A stretch of 64,000 nt of DNA from Clostridia bacterium (lineage in GTDB: Bacteria > Bacillota > Clostridia > Christensenellales > UBA1242). Below the pieces are notes generated by a model. It did not search any database, had not been told where the DNA came from, and saw only the letters and a program-made list of their open reading frames with translations. Below, in pieces: positions 9,761 to 19,065 of this stretch; position 1 is the first letter of the stretch, and every line of letters begins with the position of its first letter. A program made the position numbers and the translations under genes. Location: the NCBI GenBank assembly GCA_041663585.1, contig JBAYMN010000001.1:475-64474 (forward strand). The letters are read 5' to 3'.

Positions 9761-10753
9761 ATGGATAATATTGTAGTATCTTCTAGAATACGATTAGCGC
9801 GAAATTTGCACGGCATACCATATCCGCACAAGTTAAAAGATGAACGAGCGTATGCGGTAGTTATGAAAAGTGTGGCTGATGTTTTGTCACCATTTAATTA
9901 CAAAGTTTATGCAACAAACACATTATCTGATATTGATTGTGATGTACTTCTAGAAAAACATTTAATTAGCAAAGACCTAATTTTAAATAAAGAATATGGC
10001 GGAGTAATTATTAGCGAAGATGAAACCGTATCAATTATGATTAACGAAGAAGACCATATAAGGGCGCAATGTTTGTTTAGTGGATTTAACTTACAAAAAG
10101 CATACGAAATTGTAAATAAAATAGATGATATTTTGCTTTCTAAATTAAGTATTTCATATGATTCGGAGTTAGGGTTTTTAACTGCTTGTCCAACTAACAT
10201 AGGCACTGGAATGCGCGCCTCAGTTATGATGTTTTTGCCCGCTATTACAATGAATGGTACAGTTAACAATGTTATTAATGCATTATCCAAACTGGGTATT
10301 ACTATTAGAGGGGTATATGGTGAGGGCAGTTCGGCCGATGGATACATGTATCAAGTATCAAATCAAATATCGCTAGGACTTACTGAACAAGAAATTATAA
10401 AAAACGTATCAAACGCTGTGCTAAAAATTTGTGAAATTGAAGAAAATGCAAGGCGAGAATTATTAAAACACCAAACAGATGATATAATAGATTCTGCTTG
10501 CCGTGCTTATGGAATTTTAACTAATGCATATAAGCTAGACAGCAACGAATTTATGAAACTTATGGCGAAATTGAAATTTGGGGTATGTTTGGGCTTTATA
10601 AAATTAAGTAATGTAGATATTTTAGATAAATTAATAATATCGGCACAGCCCGCACATTTAATGCAATTAAAAGGTGAATTAATACAGCCAAATGAACGCG
10701 ATATATTTAGGGCGGAATATGTTGCCGGCATGCTAAAAAATGCAAAAATATAA
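9761..10753 (+). CDS. mcsB: protein arginine kinase McsB
   Basis: 330 aa. ATP:guanido phosphotransferase motif CPTNIGTGMRAS. Operon position. Confidence 0.9.
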   Translation: MDNIVVSSRIRLARNLHGIPYPHKLKDERAYAVVMKSVADVLSPFNYKVYATNTLSDIDCDVLLEKHLISKDLILNKEYGGVIISEDETVSIMINEEDHIRAQCLFSGFNLQKAYEIVNKIDDILLSKLSISYDSELGFLTACPTNIGTGMRASVMMFLPAITMNGTVNNVINALSKLGITIRGVYGEGSSADGYMYQVSNQISLGLTEQEIIKNVSNAVLKICEIEENARRELLKHQTDDIIDSACRAYGILTNAYKLDSNEFMKLMAKLKFGVCLGFIKLSNVDILDKLIISAQPAHLMQLKGELIQPNERDIFRAEYVAGMLKNAKI

Positions 10754-10780
10754 TGACTAAATTATTCAAGGAGAAATATT

Positions 10781-13285
10781 ATGCAATTTAATTTTGAAAG
10801 TTCTATGAACTTAACAGAAAATGTAAAAAATACTGTAAAAAATGCAGCGACATTAGTACTTAATTTAAGGTATGAGCAAATAGGTTCCGAACATTTATTG
10901 TATGGATTAAGCAAAACTGATTGCGTGGCTTCAAAAATGCTTTCTGAATATGGAGTAACAAGTGAGGCTATGAAATCTGTATTTGAAAAAAATGATAGAA
11001 CTCCTGATTTTGATGCAGTTATTCAAGTTGCATTTACACCGCGTGCAAAAGAAATTTTTTTACGAGCACAACAACTTGCAATGCAGTTTAACCATAATTT
11101 TATTGGCACTGAGCATTTATTGCTTAGTATATTGCTTGATCCCGATGCATTAGCCGATACAATACTTGTTCGTGCATTTAAAGTAAATATTGCGGAATTA
11201 AAACAAAGACTTTTAGGAGTACTGCGTTCTCAACAGGGCGAATCACAAATGTTTAGTAGAGAAAATATAATGTCTAATGGTATGGGCGACACTACAAATT
11301 ATAACGGAAATACACAGGCAAATGGCTCTTCACTTCCCGAAAGTTTACTCGCTATGGGCTCGGACCTTACTCTTAAAGCAAAACAGCATAAAATTGACCC
11401 TATAATTGGTAGACAAAAAGAAATTGAAAGAATTATTGAAATTCTTTGCAGAAAAACTAAAAATAATCCTGTTCTTATTGGTGAGGCGGGTGTTGGTAAG
11501 TCGGCAATTATAGAAGGGTTAGCACGTGAAATTGTAGCGGGTAATGTTCCAGATTTATTGAAAAACAAAATCATATATTCGTTAGATATTGGTAGTTTGG
11601 TTGCTGGAACAAAATACCGCGGTTCATTAGAAGAACGCTTAAAAAATGCTATTGAAACCATAATAGGGCAAAAAAATATAATTGTATTTATTGATGAAAT
11701 ACACACTTTGGCTTCTTCTGGCGCTAAGGAGGGAGAAGTAAATCCTTCCGATATGTTAAAACCTTATTTAGCAAGAGGTGAATTACAAACCGTTGGAGCA
11801 ACAACTACCGATGAATATCGTAAATTTATTGAGAAAGATAAAGCACTAGAACGTAGATTTCAACCCATTATGGTTAATCCGCCAAGCGTTGAAGAAACAA
11901 TCTTAATACTAAAAGGATTGCGTGATAGTTATGAGGCGTTCCATAAAGTTAAAATAACCGATGAGGCAATAGAAACTGCGGCTACACTATCTGACCGCTA
12001 TATTATGGATCGTAGCCTACCTGATAAGGCGATTGATTTAATTGATGAGGCAAGTAGTAGGGCGAAAGTAAACAATAATTTTACGCCTCCTGAATTAAAA
12101 ACAAAAGAAGAAGAAATTAAACAATTAGAAATTAACAAAAAAGAAGCATTAATGCAAGAAAACTTTGAAAAGGCGGCCGCTATCCGCGACCAAATTAAAA
12201 AAGCAGAAGAGCAAGCAGATAAAATTAAAAATGATTACAAAACCGATAAACAAAAAATACAAGTGCAAATTGGTGCCGAAGAAGTTGCAAGAGTAGTTTC
12301 TAACTGGACTAAAATACCAGTTACCAAAATAACTGAAAGCGAAAAACAAAGATTGGTGCATTTAGAAGATGATTTGCATAAGCGCGTAATTGGGCAAGAT
12401 GAAGCAGTAGAAGCAGTTGCAAAAGCAATTAGGCGAGCAAGGGCGGGGTTAAAAGACCCATCTCGTCCCATTGGTTCATTTCTATTTTTAGGACAAACCG
12501 GCGTAGGTAAAACGGAATTGTCTAAGACACTTGCTGAATCATTATTTGATGATGAAAATTCTATAATACGAATTGATATGTCCGAATATATGGAAAGTCA
12601 TTCTGTATCAAAACTTATTGGTTCGCCTCCGGGTTACATTGGCTATGATGAGGGCGGACAACTTACTGAACAAGTTCGCAGAAAGCCGTATTCAGTAGTT
12701 CTTTTTGATGAAATTGAAAAAGCGCACGCTGATGTTTATAATGCATTATTGCAAATACTTGATGATGGTAGACTTACGGATTCACAAGGAAGAATTGTAA
12801 ATTTTAAAAATACCGTTATTATTATGACATCTAATATTGGAGTAAATGAAATTCCAAAAAATAAAGCGGGCTTAGGTTTTAAAGATAGTGCTACTTTAAA
12901 AGAACAAACTTTTGAAGATATTAAACGAATACTCACCGATGCTGTAAAAAAACATTTTAAACCCGAATTTATAAACCGAATAGATGTTATTACAGTATTT
13001 AAGCCACTCACCGAAGATAACTTAGCCAGAATTGCCGGTCTTATGATTAAAAAAGTTGAAAGCAGGTTAAAAGCACAAAAAGTTGAATTAAAATTAACCG
13101 AAAAAGCACTAAAATATTTAGTTGCAAAAGGTTATGATGCAGATTATGGCGCAAGACCATTAAGGCGTGTTATAGAACGTGAAATTGAAGACACACTTGC
13201 AGAATATTTATTAGGTGGAAAAATTGCAGAAGGCTCATCTGTACTTATTGATGCTGATGACAAAAATATTATAATTAATATCTAA
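10781..13285 (+). CDS. clpC: ATP-dependent Clp protease ATP-binding subunit ClpC
   Basis: 834 aa. Clp_N repeats, two AAA+ modules (GEAGVGKS, GQTGVGKT) and a UVR linker. Confidence 0.93.
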   Translation: MQFNFESSMNLTENVKNTVKNAATLVLNLRYEQIGSEHLLYGLSKTDCVASKMLSEYGVTSEAMKSVFEKNDRTPDFDAVIQVAFTPRAKEIFLRAQQLAMQFNHNFIGTEHLLLSILLDPDALADTILVRAFKVNIAELKQRLLGVLRSQQGESQMFSRENIMSNGMGDTTNYNGNTQANGSSLPESLLAMGSDLTLKAKQHKIDPIIGRQKEIERIIEILCRKTKNNPVLIGEAGVGKSAIIEGLAREIVAGNVPDLLKNKIIYSLDIGSLVAGTKYRGSLEERLKNAIETIIGQKNIIVFIDEIHTLASSGAKEGEVNPSDMLKPYLARGELQTVGATTTDEYRKFIEKDKALERRFQPIMVNPPSVEETILILKGLRDSYEAFHKVKITDEAIETAATLSDRYIMDRSLPDKAIDLIDEASSRAKVNNNFTPPELKTKEEEIKQLEINKKEALMQENFEKAAAIRDQIKKAEEQADKIKNDYKTDKQKIQVQIGAEEVARVVSNWTKIPVTKITESEKQRLVHLEDDLHKRVIGQDEAVEAVAKAIRRARAGLKDPSRPIGSFLFLGQTGVGKTELSKTLAESLFDDENSIIRIDMSEYMESHSVSKLIGSPPGYIGYDEGGQLTEQVRRKPYSVVLFDEIEKAHADVYNALLQILDDGRLTDSQGRIVNFKNTVIIMTSNIGVNEIPKNKAGLGFKDSATLKEQTFEDIKRILTDAVKKHFKPEFINRIDVITVFKPLTEDNLARIAGLMIKKVESRLKAQKVELKLTEKALKYLVAKGYDADYGARPLRRVIEREIEDTLAEYLLGGKIAEGSSVLIDADDKNIIINI

Positions 13286-13357
13286 TCCGTATTATTCATT
13301 TGCCAAATTTAAAATGTTTTGTTAACATAAAATATTAGAATATGTTGGAGGTACAAT

Positions 13358-13897
13358 ATGAAAATTGAATTAAGTTCAAAAAATTACGATATTGGAAAAA
13401 GATTAAAAGATATTATTGAAACAAAAGTACAAAAATTGGATAGATATTTTGATTCAGATGCAGTTGCAAAGGTAATTTGTAAATTAGAGAACAACATATA
13501 CAAACTTGAAGTTACAATTTTAAGTAAAGGCTTATTTTATAGAGCAGAAGCAACAAGCAATGAAAATATGTACGAAAATATAGATATGGCTCTTCCAAAA
13601 GTTGAAAGACAAATTGTGCGAAATGCCGATAAACTAAAAACAAAATTGCGTGCGGGTGCATTTAAGGATAAGGAACTTGTTTATAATACCGAAATGCCAG
13701 TTCGTAAGGAAGTAAAAGTTGTTAAAACCAAGAGTTTTGAACTTATTCCGCTTACGGTTGATGATGCGATTTTAAATATGGAAGAATTAGGTCATGACTT
13801 TTATATTTTTCTCAGTAAAGAAACTGGAAAAATTAATGTTATGTACAAAAGAAAAGATGGCAATTTAGGTCTTATAGAAGTAATAAATTCAAAATAA
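13358..13897 (+). CDS. hpf: ribosome hibernation promoting factor (long form)
   Basis: 179 aa. N-terminal S30AE/YfiA fold plus the C-terminal dimerisation domain (DFYIFLSKETGKINVMYKRKDGNLGLIE). Confidence 0.9.
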   Translation: MKIELSSKNYDIGKRLKDIIETKVQKLDRYFDSDAVAKVICKLENNIYKLEVTILSKGLFYRAEATSNENMYENIDMALPKVERQIVRNADKLKTKLRAGAFKDKELVYNTEMPVRKEVKVVKTKSFELIPLTVDDAILNMEELGHDFYIFLSKETGKINVMYKRKDGNLGLIEVINSK

Positions 13898-13903
13898 TTA
13901 AAT

Positions 13904-13943
13904 ATTACCGCAAGTCCTTAATAAATTGCTTGCGGTAATTTTA
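13904..13943 (+). terminator. intrinsic terminator after hpf
   Basis: 11-bp stem ATTACCGCAAG/CTTGCGGTAAT followed by TTTT. Confidence 0.7.
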
Positions 13944-13977
13944 TAAACTTTTGTATATAAAATTATTTTAATAAGTA

Positions 13978-14006
13978 TTGAAATGTCCTTAAAATAGTGT
14001 TATAAT
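13978..14006 (+). promoter_or_regulatory. putative sigma-A promoter
   Basis: TTGAAA, 17-nt spacer, TATAAT, 36 nt upstream of the 14043 start. Confidence 0.4.
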
Positions 14007-14042
14007 AAGTAACTTACATTCAAACACTAATAAAGGAACGCC

Positions 14043-14672
14043 ATGATTACGACTGACAAAGTATTTTTAAAATTTAATTCAAATTTCTACACGCTTTACG
14101 ATATTAATTTAGAAATTTTAACAGGCGAGAAAGTAGTTATTTTAGGTGAATCAGAAAGTGGAAAATCAACACTTTTAAAAGTTTTAGTTGGTCTTATTAA
14201 ACCTACTTCGGGTAACGTTTGCGTAAATGGCACTGTTCTAAACGGTGTAATTAAAAATACGCCAACGCTGTTTATTCCCGAAAGTAGTGTTTTTTTTAAT
14301 AATGCAACTGCTTTTAAAAATTTAAAGTGGGCAATTAAACAACTATCAAGTACTAAACAATTTGATATTATACAAATTTTACAAGAGTACGGAATTTTAG
14401 AATTAAAAGACATTAAAGTAAAATTGTTAAGTGAGTATCAAAAGTTTTTACTATCTGTCGCGCGTGGCATGCTAAAAAGCCCCGAAATAGTTGTTATTGA
14501 TGACACCATTAAAAAATTTAATGAGAAAGAAATAAATGAGGTAGTAGAATTATTGCAAAAAATTGCAAAAAATAAGGACATAACAATGATTATAGCAACT
14601 TCAAATTTAGAGTTTGCAAAAAAATTAGGTTACAAAACTATTAAAATAAATTTAGGAAGCATTCAAAATTAA
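14043..14672 (+). CDS. stand-alone ABC-type ATPase-like protein with degenerate motifs
   Basis: 209 aa. Walker A GESESGKST is present. The signature is LSEYQ instead of LSGGQ. Walker B is VVIDDT, with Asp where the catalytic Glu normally sits. No adjacent permease. Confidence 0.6.
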   Translation: MITTDKVFLKFNSNFYTLYDINLEILTGEKVVILGESESGKSTLLKVLVGLIKPTSGNVCVNGTVLNGVIKNTPTLFIPESSVFFNNATAFKNLKWAIKQLSSTKQFDIIQILQEYGILELKDIKVKLLSEYQKFLLSVARGMLKSPEIVVIDDTIKKFNEKEINEVVELLQKIAKNKDITMIIATSNLEFAKKLGYKTIKINLGSIQN

Positions 14673-14693
14673 ATACAAGAGAGGATTTTTACC

Positions 14694-15020
14694 ATGAAAG
14701 ACACCAATAGTTCGCATCAGTTGATTACAAAATCTGAAAAAATTTTAACTCAAACCCCCGTTAAACTAATTAAGCAATACAAATCGTTAATAAGCGAATC
14801 GGCGTTAAGTACTTTGTTTAAAAACCAAGATATGGTTGATACAATTAATTCATTTTATGAAAATGACTTGAATATAAGCCAAACTTCAAAAAAATGCTTT
14901 ATGCATAGAAATACTCTTATTTATAGGTTAAATAAGATAGAAAATATTACTGGTTTAAATATTAAAAAATTTGAACAAGCATTAATTTTAAAATTGATTA
15001 TTCTATATTCAAATAAGTAA
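14694..15020 (+). CDS. small PucR C-terminal-type helix-turn-helix protein
   Basis: 108 aa. HTH segment ISQTSKKCFMHRNTLIYRLNKIENITGLN. GAGAGG RBS. Confidence 0.6.
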   Translation: MKDTNSSHQLITKSEKILTQTPVKLIKQYKSLISESALSTLFKNQDMVDTINSFYENDLNISQTSKKCFMHRNTLIYRLNKIENITGLNIKKFEQALILKLIILYSNK

Positions 15021-15046
15021 TTGTAAGTTAATTGATTATTTGTTTA

Positions 15047-15682
15047 CTAAATTCTTTTTAGTTTATCTATTTCAGAATTATCGTTTGGTTTAATATCAGA
15101 CTTGTTTACCGTATTTTTGGGTGGAAATGGCCCTTTTTTATTCCCGCCTAGCATTTTTAGTAAATCGCCATAACCACTTGATGAGCCTTTAAATTGATTA
15201 AGTAGTAATTCAAGCATGCTATTGCCACTGTTGCCACTATTTTTAAAGGCACCCATTAAACTATTCATTAGATTATTTGATGGATTATCACCGGTATTTT
15301 GAGAATTAAAGTTTTGGTTGTTGTTTGCTTGTGTTTCTACATTATTATAGTTTTGATTTTCAGTATTTGATTGCTCTGTTACATTATTTGTACTTTGATT
15401 TTTTGTATTGTAATATTGGTCTACTATGCCAAGTCCATTTTCTATGCTAAATTGTGACATATTATGGGCACTTTTTTTTGTGTTGCGAGCATCACTTGTG
15501 TTATTTTGACTATTATAACTGTTGTTTACATATGTATTATTATTTTGTTGTGCCGGCGGAGAATTTTGTGAGAAAGGGAAATTGCGGGAACTATTTAAAC
15601 CCGAAAATAAATTGGCAAGCGGTATATTATTTGTACCGCCTCCAAGCATATTCATTATAGGTGATAAATTTTTAAAGTCCAT
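15047..15682 (-). CDS. Asn/Gln/Ser-rich low-complexity protein, unknown function
   Basis: 211-aa ORF, not nested in another gene. The sense frame is much longer than the antisense fragments. No recognisable domain. Confidence 0.5.
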   Translation of the reverse strand: MDFKNLSPIMNMLGGGTNNIPLANLFSGLNSSRNFPFSQNSPPAQQNNNTYVNNSYNSQNNTSDARNTKKSAHNMSQFSIENGLGIVDQYYNTKNQSTNNVTEQSNTENQNYNNVETQANNNQNFNSQNTGDNPSNNLMNSLMGAFKNSGNSGNSMLELLLNQFKGSSSGYGDLLKMLGGNKKGPFPPKNTVNKSDIKPNDNSEIDKLKRI

Positions 15683-15752
15683 AACACTCCTAGATAATCA
15701 ATATATTATATGAAAGCATATAATTAAATAGTTAAACAAAAAGGGGGATTAT

Positions 15753-16067
15753 ATGGCAAAAGACCTCAAAAGTTTTGCACGCGAAAAACTTTCACAAATA
15801 AGCGAAAAGTTAAAAGTATCGGAAAAGGAAGCGGAAAAAGTACTTGATGGACACAAAACAGAAGAGGAAAACATAAAATCTGCGTATGAAAAATATAAAA
15901 AACTTTCTAAAAACGACTTGTTAAAAGAATTTTTAACGCAGATTGAAAATAAGAAAAAGGCAGGCAAATTTAATCGTTCCGAAGTAGAAAATATTGCAAA
16001 GCGAATAACTCCAATGCTAAATAACGAGCAAAAACAAATGTTAAAATCAATTTTGGATTCTATATGA
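15753..16067 (+). CDS. hypothetical Lys/Glu-rich protein
   Basis: 104 aa. GGGGGA RBS. Its stop abuts the start of the S8 peptidase gene (16069). Confidence 0.5.
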   Translation: MAKDLKSFAREKLSQISEKLKVSEKEAEKVLDGHKTEEENIKSAYEKYKKLSKNDLLKEFLTQIENKKKAGKFNRSEVENIAKRITPMLNNEQKQMLKSILDSI

Positions 16068-16068
16068 T

Positions 16069-17250
16069 ATGTTAGATTTTAATCACAAAATTGACCCGCA
16101 TTTAAAAAATATTGTAAGCACTCAATCTAATGTTTGTGTGCCTTGTGTTGTTTATATTAATAATGCTATTCAATATAGGCAGTTTTTTAGTTTGATTAAA
16201 TTTTATAATATTGATGTGTTACATAAATATCCTTTTATTAATGCTTTTGGAGTAAATTTAAATAATACTCAGTTAAACTTTCTTGCCGAAAAAAAAGAAA
16301 TTAAATATATAACAAGGCAAACTAGTGTTACCGCTCAAATGGATATCGCTAGAAATATTATAAATGCTGAAACATTTTACAACAGCGGATTTACTGGCAG
16401 TAATATGAATGTTGCTATTATAGATACGGGAATTCAGCCCCATCTTGATTTTTTAATACCTAAACATAGAATTAAATTCTTTAAGGACTTTGTCAACGAC
16501 AAAAGTAATATTTACGATGATAATGGACACGGAACGGCAGTCGCCGGAATTTTAGCGGGAAATGGATTATTATCAAAAGGCAAATATAAAGGGGTTGCGC
16601 CCGATTGTAATTTAATAATATTAAAGGCGCTTGATAATAACGGTGAAACTGGTGCGTTTACAATTTTAGAAGCAATGCAATGGCTTTATGAAAATGCAAA
16701 ATCTTATAATATTAAAGTTGTTTGTATGTCTTTTGGGAGTGTGCCACTTGGGATAAGGGATCCTCTTGCCGTAGGCGCGGAGGCACTTTGGCGTGAAGGT
16801 TTAACTGTAATTGCGGCGGCGGGTAATAGTGGACCTATTCACGAAAGCATTAAATCACCCGGAACAAACCCACGTATAATTACGGTAGGAGCATTAGATG
16901 ACATGCGTGATGATGACAGAAAAATTGATAAAAATAAATTTAAAGTTGCTGAATTTTCTTCACGCGGACCAGCATTTATGCATTTTAAACCTGACATTAT
17001 TGCACCGGGAGTAAAAATTATGACTGTATCAAATAAAGTAAACGCAGAGCCTTATGCCACTATGAGTGGAACATCTATGGCAACGCCTATTGTTGCGGGA
17101 TTAGCGTGTTTGTTACTTCAAAAACAGCCAGATTTAAAACCCGATGAAATAAAGACATTAATCACGCATACTGCTAATCAAATTGGATTAGATAGAAATA
17201 CCGAAGGATTGGGCATTGTAAATGCATTAAATATTTTAAAGTCTATATAG
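16069..17250 (+). CDS. S8 (subtilisin) family serine peptidase with N-terminal propeptide-like region
   Basis: 393 aa. Catalytic triad motifs VAIIDTGI (Asp), HGTAVAGI (His), GTSMATP (Ser). Confidence 0.85.
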   Translation: MLDFNHKIDPHLKNIVSTQSNVCVPCVVYINNAIQYRQFFSLIKFYNIDVLHKYPFINAFGVNLNNTQLNFLAEKKEIKYITRQTSVTAQMDIARNIINAETFYNSGFTGSNMNVAIIDTGIQPHLDFLIPKHRIKFFKDFVNDKSNIYDDNGHGTAVAGILAGNGLLSKGKYKGVAPDCNLIILKALDNNGETGAFTILEAMQWLYENAKSYNIKVVCMSFGSVPLGIRDPLAVGAEALWREGLTVIAAAGNSGPIHESIKSPGTNPRIITVGALDDMRDDDRKIDKNKFKVAEFSSRGPAFMHFKPDIIAPGVKIMTVSNKVNAEPYATMSGTSMATPIVAGLACLLLQKQPDLKPDEIKTLITHTANQIGLDRNTEGLGIVNALNILKSI

Positions 17251-17307
17251 TATTTTTTAAAATAACAGAGTCAATACTACCCGCTTAGCGTGTAATTTTG
17301 ACTTAAT

Positions 17308-18444
17308 TCAATTTTGACTGCTTATTTCTTTTATTGCGCTAACCAGTTTTTTTGCTTGTCGTAGCGTATTATTAATATCTATGCTAATTCTAACTGTGCC
17401 AGTTTCCAGCGTTTTTAAATGAGTATGAATAAGCGGAGCACAATGAATTCCGGGGCGAGTACATATTTTATATTTATAATTTAAAATATCACTTACATCG
17501 GAAGAATATTTATCTTTTATATTAAATGATATTACGCCTGAGCGACTATTTTTTGGAGTGTACACTGTAACATTTTTAATTAAATATAATTCATTTAAAA
17601 TATAGGCACTTAATTTATGAATTTTATTATTTATTTTATTGAAATGTGATTTTGTCCATTTCAAACCCGCACCGAGTGCCAATATTGCAGGCGTACCGAT
17701 TGTTCCGCTTTCAAATGCTTCGGGGGGCGTTATTGGTTGATAAACGCTTTCACTCATAGTGCCTGTTCCGCCAAATCTTATCGGTTTTAATGCTATGGTT
17801 GGACTTATAACTAATCCACCTATTCCTTGTATACCGTGTAGTCCTTTATGCCCCGCAAATGCAAGCATACTTATATTTTGTTTTTGCATATCTATATTTA
17901 AATGGCCTGCGGATTGTGCGGAATCTACAAGCAACATTATATGCTTTGATTTACACAAATCACTAATTTTTTGAATATCTTGTGTAACACCTGTTACATT
18001 GGAAGTGTGATTTATGCACACTAAATAAGTTTTATCCGTAATATGCTTTGCAATTTCCTCCGGTTCAATTTTTCCTTGTGAATTTGGGTTAATTATTGTT
18101 ATATCAATTTTACCTTGTTTTTGTAAATCATATAGCGGTCTGAGAACGGAATTGTGGTTAGTAGAATCTGCTATTACATTACCGCCAGTTACTGCTGTTC
18201 CTAATATTGCAAGGTTTAATGCATCAGTACAGTTATAACAAAAAATTATATTCTGGTTTGTATCTGCATTAAAATAATCTTTTAAACTTTCCCGAACGCT
18301 TTGCACCTTTAATGCTGTTTTTATACTCGCCGTGTGTCCGCTTCTGCCTGGGTTAGCGTAATATTTAAATGTTGATAATATAAGCGAAAGCATTACGGAG
18401 AGCGGTTTATATTTAGCAGTAGCGGCATTATCAAAATAAATCAT
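17308..18444 (-). CDS. class V aminotransferase / cysteine desulfurase family protein
   Basis: 378 aa. PLP-lysine context FAGHKGLHG and the C-terminal active-site Cys loop RPGIHCAP. Confidence 0.8.
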   Translation of the reverse strand: MIYFDNAATAKYKPLSVMLSLILSTFKYYANPGRSGHTASIKTALKVQSVRESLKDYFNADTNQNIIFCYNCTDALNLAILGTAVTGGNVIADSTNHNSVLRPLYDLQKQGKIDITIINPNSQGKIEPEEIAKHITDKTYLVCINHTSNVTGVTQDIQKISDLCKSKHIMLLVDSAQSAGHLNIDMQKQNISMLAFAGHKGLHGIQGIGGLVISPTIALKPIRFGGTGTMSESVYQPITPPEAFESGTIGTPAILALGAGLKWTKSHFNKINNKIHKLSAYILNELYLIKNVTVYTPKNSRSGVISFNIKDKYSSDVSDILNYKYKICTRPGIHCAPLIHTHLKTLETGTVRISIDINNTLRQAKKLVSAIKEISSQN

Positions 18445-18637
18445 ATTTTTACCTCTGTTAACATTTTATTTTTGCTACTAATATAGTATACTATGGAACA
18501 AAAATATTTGTTTGCAATTTGTTTTGTGCCATTAAAATTAAAAATACGGATTATCCGTAAATAATATTTTTAATTATAAATGAAATTCCATAGTATTATC
18601 ACACTCATATTTAGTTGTGATTTATAAGGAGAGTTTT

Positions 18638-18898
18638 ATGGTATATCTATTAGCGGTTTTTCGTGCCAGAACTGAAACTCTTGCTTATTCACAAATTTTA
18701 AAGTCTTATGGAGTACAATGTAATATTATAAATACGCCAAGACAAGTATCTGTTTCTTGTGGCATTTCAGTAAAAATGCCTTTAAATTATTTTGATATAG
18801 CACTTGCAGTAAGGCAAAGGCGCAGTTTTAGTTCATTTGCAGGTTTTTTTAAAATATCAGAAAACCCAAATAATAATATTACAGTAACGCCACTATAA
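18638..18898 (+). CDS. DUF3343-like small protein (putative S/Se carrier-like)
   Basis: ATG at 18638 after an AAGGAGAG RBS; the ORF-track GTG at 18617 is less likely. Has the TPRQVSVSCGISV pattern. Divergent from the desulfurase gene. Confidence 0.55.
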   Translation: MVYLLAVFRARTETLAYSQILKSYGVQCNIINTPRQVSVSCGISVKMPLNYFDIALAVRQRRSFSSFAGFFKISENPNNNITVTPL

Positions 18899-18939
18899 CT
18901 CAATAGGGGAACAAAACACTTATTCTTGTACGACTGCAT

Positions 18940-19016
18940 ATTTATTCCGCCTACCTAACGGATAGGCGGAACGAGGCACCGTTAAAAAAATTGAGTTTAA
19001 ACTACTGAGCGTGTTC
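18940..19016 (-). repeat. structured intergenic repeat, reverse-orientation copy
   Basis: The reverse complement reads GAACACGCTCAGTAGTTTAAAC-TCAATTTTTTTAAC-GGTGCC-TCG-TTCCGCCTA-T-CC-GTTA-GG-TAGGCGGAA. Collinear with 7256-7316 and 44209-44373. Confidence 0.75.
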
Positions 19017-19065
19017 TATTTGAACAAAGTTTTGATATTATTTTTTGGAAAAGCAGAAAATAAAA

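Noticed and set aside
9907-10347. A 146-aa antisense ORF inside mcsB, representative of about 45 short ORFs in the track nested antisense or out of frame within larger genes (e.g. 220-528, 11299-11706, 28345-28935, 49272-49796).
   Set aside because: Each lies entirely within a longer ORF that has clear conserved protein motifs. Their Ser/Ile/Phe/Leu-rich composition is what antisense frames of AT-rich genes produce. None has an RBS or its own intergenic space.
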